DNA of 64,000 bases, taken from contig CM082579.2 in the NCBI GenBank assembly GCA_040954595.2, forward strand, positions 14,075,834-14,139,833, in the 5' to 3' direction. The DNA is from Balanoglossus misakiensis. Lineage: Eukaryota > Animalia > Hemichordata. The notes under the pieces are model-generated. The model was not told the DNA's origin and searched no databases. It saw only the letters and a list, made by a program, of their open reading frames with translations. How positions within the stretch are numbered: the first letter of the stretch is position 1; every line of letters starts with the position of its first letter. Made by a program: the position numbers and the translations under genes. Positions 51,701 to 64,000 of the stretch are shown here, one piece after another.

Positions 51701-54700
51701 GATTTTGCAAAGACAAAAATTTTTCATTTTTTGATGATTTTCACCCGTGATTTTTTTCAAAAATCGACAAACTTTTGGGATTTTGCAAAGTCGAAAATTT
51801 GACATTTTTTGATGATTTTCACCCATGTTTTTTTTCAAAAATCAACGAACCTATGATTTTTTTTCAAAAATCGACAAAATTTTGAGATTTTGCAAAGCCG
51901 AAAATTTGTCATTTTTTGATGATTTTCACCCATGATTTTTTTCAAAAATCGACGAAATTTTGAGATTTTGCAAAGTCGAAAATTTGTCATTTTTTGATGA
52001 TTTTCACCCATGATTTTTTTCAAAAATCGACGAAATTTTGAGATTTTGCAAAGTCGAAAATTTGTCATTTTTTGATGATTTTCACCCATGATTTTTTTTT
52101 CAAAAACCGACAAAATTTTGAGATTTTGCAAAGTCGAAAATTTGTCATTTTTTGATTATTTTCACCCATGATTTTTTTCAAAAGTCGACGAAATTTTGAG
52201 ATTTTGCAAAGACAAAAATTTGTAATTTTTTGATGATTTTCACCAATGTTTTTTTTTAAAAATCAACGAACCCATGATTTTTTTCAAAAATCGACGAAAT
52301 TTGAGATTTTGCAAATTCGAAAATTTGTAATTTTTTAATGATTTTCACCCTTTTTTTTCAAAAATCAACGAACCCATGATTTTTTTTCAAAAATCGACAA
52401 AATTTTGAGATTTTGCAAAGCCGAAAATTTGTCATTTTTTGATGATTTTCACCCATGATTTTTTTCAAAAATCGACGAAATTTTGAGATTTTGCAAAGTC
52501 GAAAATTTGTCATTTTTTGATGATTTTCACCCATGATTTTTTTCAAAAATCGACGAAATTTGAGATTTTGCAAAGTCGAAAATTTGTCATTTTTTGATGA
52601 TTTTCACCCATGATTTTTTTCAAAAATCGACGAAATTTTGAGATTTTGCAAAGTCGAAAATTTGTCATTTTTTGATGATTTTCACCCATGATTTTTTTTC
52701 AAAAATCTGCGAAATTTTGAGATTTTGCAAAGTCGAAAATTTGTCATTTTTTGATGATTTTCACCCATGATTTTTTTTCAAAAAATCGACGAAATTTTGA
52801 GATTTTGCAAAGTCGAAAATTTGTCATTTTTTGATGATTTTCACCCATGATTTTTTTTTCAAAAATCGACAAAATTTTGAGATTTTGCAAAGTCGAAAAT
52901 GTGTCATTTTTTGATGATTTTCACCCATGATTTTTTTCAAAAATCGACGAAATTTGAGATTTTGCAAAGTCGAAAATTTTTCATTTTTTGATGATTTTCA
53001 CCCATGATTTTTCTCAAAAATTGACGAAATTTTGAGATTTTGCAAAGTCGAAAATTTGTCATTTTTTGATGATTTTCACCCATGTTTTTTTCAAAATTGA
53101 ACGAACCCATGATTTTTTTCAAAAATCGACAAAATTTTGAGATTTTGCAAAGACGAAAATTTGTCATTTTTTGATGATTTTCACCCATGATTTTTTTCAA
53201 AAATCGACGAAATTTTGAGATTTTGCAAAGTCGAAAATTTGTCATTTTTTGATGATTTTCACCCATGATTTTTTTCAAAAATCGACGAAATTTTGAGATT
53301 TTGCAAAGTCGAAAATTTGTCATTTTTTGATGATTTTCACCCATGATTTTTTTCAAAAATCGACGAAATTTGAGATTTTGCAAAGTCAAAAATTTGTCAT
53401 TTTTTGATGATTTTCACCCATGATTTTTTTCAAAAATCGACGAAATTTTGAGATTTTGCAAAGTCGAAAATTTGTCATTTTTTGATGATTTTCACCCATG
53501 ATTTTTTTTTCAAAAACCGACAAAATTTTGAGATTTTGCAAAGTCGAAAATTTGTCATTTTTTGATGATTTTCACCCATGATGTTTTTCAAAAGTCGACG
53601 AAATTTTGAGATTTTGCAAAGACAAAAATTTGTAATTTTTTGATGATTTTCACCCATGATTTTTTTCAAAAGTCGACGAAATTTTGAGATTTTGCAAAGA
53701 CAAATTTTTTTCATTTTTTGATGATTTTCACCCGTGATTTTTTTCAAAAATAGACAAAATTTTGAGATTTTGCAAAGACGAAAATTTGTCAATTTTTGAT
53801 GATTTTCACCCATGATTTTTTTCAAAAGTCGACGAAATTTTGAGATTTTGCAAAGACAAAATTTTTTCATTTTTTGATGATTTTCACCCGTGATTTTTTT
53901 CAAAAATAGACAAAATTTTGAGATTTTGCAAAGTCGAAAATTTGTCATTTTTTGATGATTTTCACCATGATTTTTTTTTTAAAAATCGACGAAATTTTGA
54001 GATTTTGCAAAGTCGAAAATTTGTCATTTTTTGATGATTTTCACCCATGATTTTTTTTCAAAAAATCGACGAAATTTTGAGATTTTGCAAAGTCGAAAAT
54101 TTGTCATTTTTTGATTATTTTCACCCATGATTTTTTTTTTCAAAAATCGACAAAATTTTGAGATTTTGCAAAGTCGAAAATGTGTCATTTTTTGATGATT
54201 TTCACCCATGATTTTTTTCAAAAATCGACGAAATTTGAGATTTTGCAAAGTCGAAAATTTTTCATTTTTTGATGATTTTCACCCATGATTTTTCTCAAAA
54301 ATTGACGAAATTTTGAGATTTTGCAAAGTCGAAAATTTGTCATTTTTTGATGATTTTCACCCATGTTTTTTTCAAAATTGAACGAACCCATGATTTTTTT
54401 CAAAAATCGACAAAATTTTGAGATTTTGCAAAGACGAAAATTTGTCATTTTTTGATGATTTTCACCCATGATTTTTTTCAAAAGTCGACGAAATTTTGAG
54501 ATTTTGCAAAGACAAAAATTTTTCATTTTTTGATGATTTTCACCCGTGATTTTTTTCAAAAATCGACAAACTTTTGGGATTTTGCAAAGTCGAAAATTTG
54601 ACATTTTTTGATGATTTTCACCCATGTTTTTTTCAAAAATCAACGAACCTATGATTTTTTTTCAAAAATCGACAAAATTTTGAGATTTTGCAAAGCCGAA

Positions 54701-57700
54701 AATTTGTCATTTTTTGATGATTTTCACCCATGATTTTTTTCAAAAATCGACGAAATTTTGAGATTTTGCAAAGTCGAAAATTTGTCATTTTTTGATGATT
54801 TTCACCCATGATTTTTTTCAAAAATCGACGAAATTTTGAGATTTTGCAAAGTCGAAAATTTGTCATTTTTTGATGATTTTCACCCATGATTTTTTTCAAA
54901 AATCGACGAAATTTGAGATTTTGCAAAGTCAAAAATTTGTCATTTTTTGATGATTTTCACCCATGATTTTTTTCAAAAATCGACGAAATTTTGAGATTTT
55001 GCAAAGTCGAAAATTTGTCATTTTTTGATGATTTTCACCCATGATTTTTTTTTCAAAAACCGACAAAATTTTGAGATTTTGCAAAGTCGAAAATTTGTCA
55101 TTTTTTGATTATTTTCACCCATGATGTTTTTCAAAAGTCGACGAAATTTTGAGATTTTGCAAAGACAAAAATTTGTAATTTTTTGATGATTTTCACCCAT
55201 GATTTTTTTCAAAAGTCGACGAAATTTTGAGATTTTGCAAAGACAAATTTTTTTCATTTTTTGATGATTTTCACCCGTGATTTTTTTCAAAAATAGACAA
55301 AATTTTGAGATTTTGCAAAGACGAAAATTTGTCAATTTTTGATGATTTTCACCCATGATTTTTTTCAAAAGTCGACGAAATTTTGAGATTTTGCAAAGAC
55401 AAAATTTTTTCATTTTTTGATGATTTTCACCCGTGATTTTTTTCAAAAATAGACAAAATTTTGAGATTTTGCAAAGTCGAAAATTTGTCATTTTTTGATG
55501 ATTTTCACCATGATTTTTTTTTTAAAAATCGACGAAATTTTGAGATTTTGCAAAGACGAAAATTTGTCATTTTTTGATGATTTTCACCCATGATTTTTTT
55601 TCAAAAATGTACGAAATTTTGAGATTTTGCAAAGTCGAAAATTTGTCGTTTTTTGATGATTTTCACCCATGATTTTTTTTTCAAAAATGTACAAAAATTT
55701 TGAGATTTTGCAAAGTCGAAAATTTGTCATTTTTTGATGATTTTCACCCATGATTTTTTTCAAAAATCGACAAAATTTTTAGATTTTGCAAAGTCGAAAA
55801 TTTGTCATTTTTTGATTATTTTCACCCATGATTTTTTTCAAAAATCGACAAAATTTTTAGATTTTGCAAAGTCGAAAATTTGTCATTTTTTGATGATTTT
55901 CACCATGATTTTTTTTTAAAAATCGACGAAATTTTGAGATTTTGCAAAGACGAAAATTTGTCATTTTTTGATGATTTTCACCCATGTTTTTTTCAAAAAT
56001 CAACGAACCCATGATTTTTTTTCAAAAAAGGACAAAATTTTGAGATTTTGCAAAGTCGAAAATTTGTCATTTATTAATGATTTTCACCCATGATTTTTTT
56101 TCAAAAATCGACAAAATTTTGAGATTTTGCAAAGTCGAAAATTTGTAATTTTTTGATGATTTTCACCCATGTTTTTTTTCAAAATTGAACGAACCCATGA
56201 TTTTTTTCAAAAATCGACAAAATTTTGAGATTTTGCAAAGACGAAAATTTGTCATTTTTTGATGATTTTCACCCATGATTTTTTTCAAAAGTCGACGAAA
56301 TTTTGAGATTTTGCAAAGACAAATTTTTTTCATTTTTTGATGATTTTCATCCGTGATTTTTTTCAAAAATAGACAAAATTTTGAGATTTTGCAAAGTCGA
56401 AAATTTGTCATTTTTTGATGATTTTCACCCATGTTTTTTTCAAAAATCAACGAACCCATGATTTTTTTTCAAAAAAGGACAAAATTTTGAGATTTTGCAA
56501 AGTCGAAAATTTGTCATTTATTAATGATTTTCACCCATGATTTTTTTTCAAAAATCGACAAAATTTTGAGATTTTGCAAAGTCGAAAATTTGTAATTTTT
56601 TGATGATTTTCACCCATGTTTTTTTTCAAAATTGAACGAACCCATGATTTTTTTCAAAAATCGACAAAATTTTGAGATTTTGCAAAGACGAAAATTTGTC
56701 ATTTTTTGATGATTTTCACCCATGATTTTTTTCAAAAGTCGACGAAATTTTGAGATTTTGCAAAGACAAATTTTTTTCATTTTTTGATGATTTTCATCCG
56801 TGATTTTTTCAAAAATAGACAAAATTTTGAGATTTTGCAAAGTCGAAAATTTGTAATTTTTTGATGATTTTCACCCATGTTTTTTTTCAAAATTGAACGA
56901 ACCCATGATTTTTTTCAAAAATCGACGAAATTTTGAGATTTTGCAAAGTCGAAAATTTGTCATTTTTTGATGATTTTCACCATGATTTTTTTTTAAAAAT
57001 CGACAAAATTTTGAGATTTTGCAAAGACGAAAATTTGTCATTTTTTGATGATTTTCACCAATGTTTTTTTTCAAAAATCAACGAACCCATGATTTTTTTT
57101 CAAAAAAGGACAAAATTTTGAGATTTTGCAAAGTCGAAAATTTGTCATTTATTAATGATTTTCACCCATGATTTTTATTCAAAAATCGACAAAATTTTGA
57201 GATTTTTGCAAGTCGAAAATTTGTAATTTTTTGATGATTTTCACCCATGTTTTTTTTCAAAATTGAACGAACCCATGATTTTTTTCAAAAATCGACGAAA
57301 TTTTGAGATTTTGCAAAGTCGAAAATTTGTCATTTTTTGATGATTTTCACCCATGTTCTTTTTCAAAATTGAACGAACCCATGATTTTTTTTCAAAAATC
57401 GACGAAATTTTGAGATTTTGCAAAGTCGAAAATTTGTCATTTTTGATGATTTTCACCCATGATTTTTTTCAAAAAATCGACGAAATTTTGAGATTTTGCA
57501 AAATCGAAAATTTGTCATTTTTTGATGATTTTCACCCATGATTTTTTTTTTCAAAAAATCGACAAAATTTTGAGATTTTGCAAAGTCGAAAATGTGTCAT
57601 TTTTTGATGATTTTCACCCATGATTTTTTCAAAAATCGACGAAATTTGAGATTTTGCAAAGTCGAAAATTTTTCATTTTTTGATGATTTTCACCCATGAT

Positions 57701-60700
57701 TTTTCTCAAAAATTGACGAAATTTTGAGATTTTGCAAAGTCGAAATTTGTCATTTTTTGATGATTTTCACCCATGTATTTTTTCAAAATTGAACGAACCC
57801 ATGATTTTTTTCAAAAATCGACAAAATTTTGAGATTTTGCAAAGACGAAAATTTGTCATTTTTTGATGATTTTCACCCATGATTTTTTTCAAAAGTCGAC
57901 GAAATTTTGAGATTTTGCAAAGACAAAAATTTTTCATTTTTTGATGATTTTCACCCGTGATTTTTTTCAAAAATCGACAAACTTTTGGGATTTTGCAAAG
58001 TCGAAAATTTGACATTTTTTGATGATTTTCACCCATGTTTTTTTTCAAAAATCAACGAACCTATGATTTTTTTTCAAAAATCGACAAAATTTTGAGATTT
58101 TGCAAAGCCGAAAATTTGTCATTTTTTGATGATTTTCACTCATGATTTTTTTCAAAAATCGACGAAATTTTGAGCTTTTGCAAAGTCGAAAATTTGTCAT
58201 TTTTTGATGATTTTCACCCATGATTTTTTTCAAAAATCGACGAAATTTTGAGATTTTGCAAAGTCGAAAATTTGTCATTTTTGATGATTTTCACCCATGA
58301 TTTTTTTCAAAAATCGACAAAATTTTTAGATTTTGCAAAGTCGAAAATTTGTCATTTTTTGATGATTTTCACCATGATTTTTTTTTTAAAAATCGACGAA
58401 ATTTTGAGATTTTGCAAAGTCGAAAATTTGTCATTTTTTGATGATTTTCACCCATGATTTTTTTCAAAAATCGACGAAATTTGAGATTTTGCAAAGTCAA
58501 AAATTTGTCATTTTTTGATGATTTTCACCCATGATTTTTTTCAAAAATCGACGAATTTTGAGATTTTGCAAAGTCGAAAATTTGTCATTTTTTGATTATT
58601 TTCACCCATGATTTTTTCAAAAGTCGACGAAATTTTGAGATTTTGCAAAGACAAAAATTTGTAATTTTTGATGATTTTCACCAATGTTTTTTTTTAAAAA
58701 TCAACGAACCCATGATTTTTTTCAAAATCGACGAAATTTGAGATTTTGCAAATTCGAAAATTTGTAATTTTTTAATGATTTTCACCCTTTTTTTTCAAAA
58801 ATCAACGAACCCATGATTTTTTTTCAAAAATCGACAAAATTTTGAGATTTTGCAAAGCCGAAAATTTGTCATTTTTTGATGATTTTCACCCATGATTTTT
58901 TTCAAAAATCGACGAAATTTTGAGATTTTGCAAAGTCGAAAATTTGTCATTTTTTGATGATTTTCACCCATGATTTTTTTCAAAAATCGACGAAATTTGA
59001 GATTTTGCAAAGTCGAAAATTTGTCATTTTTTGATGATTTTCACCCATGATTTTTTTCAAAAATCGACGAAATTTTGAGATTTTGCAAAGTCGAAAATTT
59101 GTCATTTTTTGATGATTTTCACCCATGATTTTTTTTCAAAAATCTGCGAAATTTTGAGATTTTGCAAAGTCGAAAATTTGTCATTTTTTGATGATTTTCA
59201 CCCATGATTTTTTTTCAAAAAATCGACGAAATTTTGAGATTTTGCAAAGTCGAAAATTTGTCATTTTTTTGATTATTTTCACCCATGATTTTTTTTTTCA
59301 AAAAATCGACAAAATTTTGAGATTTTGCAAAGTCGAAAATGTGTCATTTTTTGATGATTTTCACCCATGATTTTTTTCAAAAATCGACGAAATTTGAGAT
59401 TTTGCAAAGTCGAAAATTTTTCGTTTTTTGATGATTTTCACCCATGATTTTTCTCAAAAATTGACGAAATTTTGAGATTTTGCAAAGTCGAAAATTTGTC
59501 ATTTTTTGATGATTTTCACCCATGTTTTTTCAAAATTGAACGAACCCATGATTTTTTTCAAAAATCGACAAAATTTTGAGATTTTGCAAAGACGAAAATT
59601 TGTCATTTTTTGATGATTTTCACCCATGATTTTTTTCAAAAGTCGACGAAATTTTGAGATTTTGCAAAGACAAAAATTTTTCATTTTTTGATGATTTTCA
59701 CCCGTGATTTTTTTCAAAAATCGACAAACTTTTGGGATTTTGCAAAGTCGAAAATTTGACATTTTTTGATGATTTTCACCCATGTTTTTTTTCAAAAATC
59801 AACGAACCTATGATTTTTTTTCAAAAATCGACGAAATTTGAGATTTTGCAAATTCGAAAATTTGTAATTTTTTAATGATTTTCACCCTTTTTTTTCAAAA
59901 ATCAACGAACCCATGATTTTTTTTCAAAAATCGACAAAATTTTTGAGATTTTGCAAAGCCGAAAATTTGTCATTTTTTGATGATTTTCACCCATGATTTT
60001 TTTCAAAAATCGACGAAATTTTGAGATTTTGCAAAGTCGAAAATTTGTCATTTTTTGATGATTTTCACCCATGATTTTTTTCAAAAAATCGACGAAATTT
60101 GAGATTTTGCCCAAAGTAAAATTTGTCATTTTTGATGATTTTCACCCATGATTTTTTTCAAAAATCGACGAAATTTTGAGATTTTGCAAAGTCGAAAATT
60201 TGTCATTTTTTGATGATTTTCACCCATGATTTTTTTTCAAAAATCTGCGAAATTTTGAGATTTTGCAAAGTCGAAAATTTGTAATTTTTTGATGATTTTC
60301 ACCCATGATTTTTTTTCAAAAAATCGACGAAATTTTGAGATTTTGCAAAGTCGAAAATTTGTCATTTTTTGATTATTTTCACCCATGATTTTTTTTTCAA
60401 AAATCGACAAAATTTTGAGATTTTGCAAAGTCGAAAATGTGTCATTTTTTGATGATTTTCACCCATGATTTTTTTCAAAAATCGACGAAATTTGAGATTT
60501 TGCAAAGTCGAAAATTTTTCATTTTTTGATGATTTTCACCCATGATTTTTCTCAAAAATTGACGAAATTTTGAGATTTTGCAAAGTCGAAAATTTGTCAT
60601 TTTTTGATGATTTTCACCCATGTTTTTTTCAAAATTGAACGAACCCATGATTTTTTTCAAAAATCGACAAAATTTTTAGATTTTGCAAAGTCGAAAATTT

Positions 60701-63700
60701 GTCATTTTTTGATGATTTTCACCATGATTTTTTTTTAAAAATCGACGAAATTTTGAGATTTTGCAAAGTCGAAAATTTGTCATTTTTTGATGATTTTCAC
60801 CCATGATTTTTTTCAAAAATCGACGAAATTTGAGATTTTGCAAAGTCAAAAATTTGTCATTTTTTGATGATTTTCACCCATGATTTTTTTCAAAAATCGA
60901 CGAAATTTTGAGATTTTGCAAAGTCGAAAATTTGTCATTTTTTGATTATTTTCACCCATGATTTTTTTCAAAAGTCGACGAAATTTTGAGATTTTGCAAA
61001 GACAAAAATTTGTAATTTTTTGATGATTTTCACCAATGTTTTTTTTTTAAAAATCAACGAACCCATGATTTTTTTCAAAAATCGACGAAATTTGAGATTT
61101 TGCAAATTCGAAAATTTGTAATTTTTTAATGATTTTCACCCTTTTTTTTCAAAAATCAACGAACCCATGATTTTTTTTCAAAAATCGACAAAATTTTGAG
61201 ATTTTGCAAAGCCGAAAATTTGTCATTTTTTGATGATTTTCACCCATGATTTTTTTCAAAAATCGACGAAATTTTGAGATTTTGCAAAGTCGAAAATTTG
61301 TCATTTTTTGATGATTTTCACCCATGATTTTTTTCAAAAATCGACGAAATTTGAGATTTTGCAAAGTCGAAAATTTGTCATTTTTTGATGATTTTCACCC
61401 ATGATTTTTTTCAAAAATCGACGAAATTTTGAGATTTTGCAAAGTCGAAAATTTGTCATTTTTTGATGATTTTCACCCATGATTTTTTTTCAAAAATCTG
61501 CGAAATTTTGAGATTTTGCAAAGTCGAAAATTTGTCATTTTTTGATGATTTTCACCCATGATTTTTTTTCAAAAAATCGACGAAATTTTGAGATTTTGCA
61601 AAGTCGAAAATTTGTCATTTTTTGATTATTTTCACCCATGATTTTTTTTTTCAAAAATCGACAAAATTTTGAGATTTTGCAAAGTCGAAAATGTGTCATT
61701 TTTTGATGATTTTCACCCATGATTTTTTTCAAAAATCGACGAAATTTGAGATTTTGCAAAGTCGAAAATTTTTCGTTTTTTGATGATTTTCACCCATGAT
61801 TTTTCTCAAAAATTGACGAAATTTTGAGATTTTGCAAAGTCGAAAATTTGTCATTTTTTGATGATTTTCACCCATGTTTTTTTCAAAATTGAACGAACCC
61901 ATGATTTTTTTCAAAAATCGACAAAATTTTGAGATTTTGCAAAGACGAAAATTTGTCATTTTTTGATGATTTTCACCCATGATTTTTTTCAAAAGTCGAC
62001 GAAATTTTGAGATTTTGCAAAGACAAAAATTTTTCATTTTTTGATGATTTTCACCCGTGATTTTTTTCAAAAATCGACAAACTTTTGGGATTTTGCAAAG
62101 TCGAAAATTTGACATTTTTTGATGATTTTCACCCATGTTTTTTTTCAAAAATCAACGAACCTATGATTTTTTTTCAAAAATCGACGAAATTTGAGATTTT
62201 GCAAATTCGAAAATTTGTAATTTTTTAATGATTTTCACCCTTTTTTTTCAAAAATCAACGAACCCATGATTTTTTTTCAAAAATCGACAAAATTTTGAGA
62301 TTTTGCAAAGCCGAAAATTTGTCATTTTTTGATGATTTTCACCCATGATTTTTTTCAAAAATCGACGAAATTTTGAGATTTTGCAAAGTCGAAAATTTGT
62401 CATTTTTTGATGATTTTCACCCATGATTTTTTTCAAAAATCGACGAAATTTGAGATTTTGCAAAGTCGAAAATTTGTCATTTTTTGATGATTTTCACCCA
62501 TGATTTTTTTCAAAAATCGACGAAATTTTGAGATTTTGCAAAGTCGAAAATTTGTCATTTTTTGATGATTTTCACCCATGATTTTTTTTCAAAAATCTGC
62601 GAAATTTTGAGATTTTGCAAAGTCGAAAATTTGTAATTTTTTGATGATTTTCACCCATGATTTTTTTTCAAAAAATCGACGAAATTTTGAGATTTTGCAA
62701 AGTCGAAAATTTGTCATTTTTTGATTATTTTCACCCATGTTTTTTTCAAAATTGAACGAACCCATGATTTTTTTCAAAAATCGACAAAATTTTGAGATTT
62801 TGCAAAGACGAAAATTTGTCATTTTTTGATGATTTTCACCCATGATTTTTTTCAAAAGTCGACGAAATTTTGAGATTTTGCAAAGACAAAAATTTTTCAT
62901 TTTTTGATGATTTTCACCCGTGATTTTTTTCAAAAATCGACAAACTTTTGGGATTTTGCAAAGTCGAAAATTTGACATTTTTTGATGATTTTCACCCATG
63001 TTTTTTTTCAAAAATCAACGAACCTATGATTTTTTTTCAAAAATCGACGAAATTTGAGATTTTGCAAATTCGAAAATTTGTAATTTTTTAATGATTTTCA
63101 CCCTTTTTTTTCAAAAATCAACGAACCCATGATTTTTTTTCAAAAATCGACAAAATTTTGAGATTTTGCAAAGCCGAAAATTTGTCATTTTTTGATGATT
63201 TTCACCCATGATTTTTTTCAAAAATCGACGAAATTTTGAGATTTTGCAAAGTCGAAAATTTGTCATTTTTTGATGATTTTCACCCATGATTTTTTTCAAA
63301 AATCGACGAAATTTGAGATTTTGCAAAGTCGAAAATTTGTCATTTTTTGATGATTTTCACCCATGATTTTTTTCAAAAATCGACGAAATTTTGAGATTTT
63401 GCAAAGTCGAAAATTTGTCATTTTTTGATGATTTTCACCCATGATTTTTTTTCAAAAATCTGCGAAATTTTGAGATTTTGCAAAGTCGAAAATTTGTAAT
63501 TTTTTGATGATTTTCACCCATGATTTTTTTTCAAAAAATCGACGAAATTTTGAGATTTTGCAAAGTCGAAAATTTGTCATTTTTTGATTATTTTCACCCA
63601 TGATTTTTTTTTTCAAAAATCGACAAAATTTTGAGATTTTGCAAAGTCGAAAATGTGTCATTTTTTGATGATTTTCACCCATGATTTTTTTCAAAAATCG

Positions 63701-64000
63701 ACGAAATTTGAGATTTTGCAAAGTCGAAAATTTTTCATTTTTTGATGATTTTCACCCATGATTTTTCTCAAAAATTGACGAAATTTTGAGATTTTGCAAA
63801 GTCGAAAATTTGTCATTTTTTGATGATTTTCACCATGATTTTTTTTTTAAAAATCGACGAAATTTTGAGATTTTGCAAAGTCGAAAATTTGTCATTTTTT
63901 GATGATTTTCACCCATGATTTTTTTCAAAAATCGACGAAATTTGAGATTTTGCAAAGTCAAAAATTTGTCATTTTTTGATGATTTTCACCCATGATTTTT
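33735..64000 (+). repeat. 78-bp satellite, right array (>30 kb, T-rich orientation, runs off the window)
   Basis: Consensus CCCATGATTTTTTTCAAAAATCGACGAAATTTTGAGATTTTGCAAAGTCGAAAATTTGTCATTTTTTGATGATTTTCA (26-codon periodicity in the ORF track), interspersed with ~28-bp truncated units ending ...ACGAA. Confidence 0.97.

Noticed and set aside
57100-60200. Local excess of single-base indels in the satellite
   Set aside because: They are mostly in homopolymers and cannot be told apart from consensus errors without reads.
21793-63721. Dozens of ORFs with KKIMGENHQKMTNFRLCKISKFRRFL repeats
   Set aside because: They are translations of a 78-bp (26-codon) satellite, broken by homopolymer indels; not genes.
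21704-64000. CRISPR-like array
   Set aside because: There are no unique spacers or cas genes, and the context is eukaryotic; this is tandem satellite.

Overview
AT-rich animal genomic DNA (probably a marine invertebrate; inferred from the repeat types) with no recognisable host gene. Bases 1-21.7 kb are nested mobile elements. A decayed Gmr1-type Gypsy LTR retrotransposon (tRNA-Pro PBS, gag-PR-IN-RT order, 3'-truncated) is split inside its pol gene by a complete 5,470-bp DNA transposon (8773-14242). That insert has a 3-bp ACA target duplication and bipartite RSS-like ends (CACTRCRG + 18-bp unconserved spacer + TGGGCAGTATT). It carries a spliced RAG1/Transib/Chapaev-type DDE transposase on the minus strand with two simple lesions, and a convergent intact 216-aa orphan gene in the position RAG2-like genes occupy in RAG transposons. 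Around these are SINE, MITE, Kolobok-like and Academ-like elements and a ~1.9-kb direct duplication. Bases 21.7-64 kb are a 78-bp satellite with higher-order repeats and strand switches, arranged in opposite orientation either side of a ~2.8-kb foldback core (30.9-33.7 kb).
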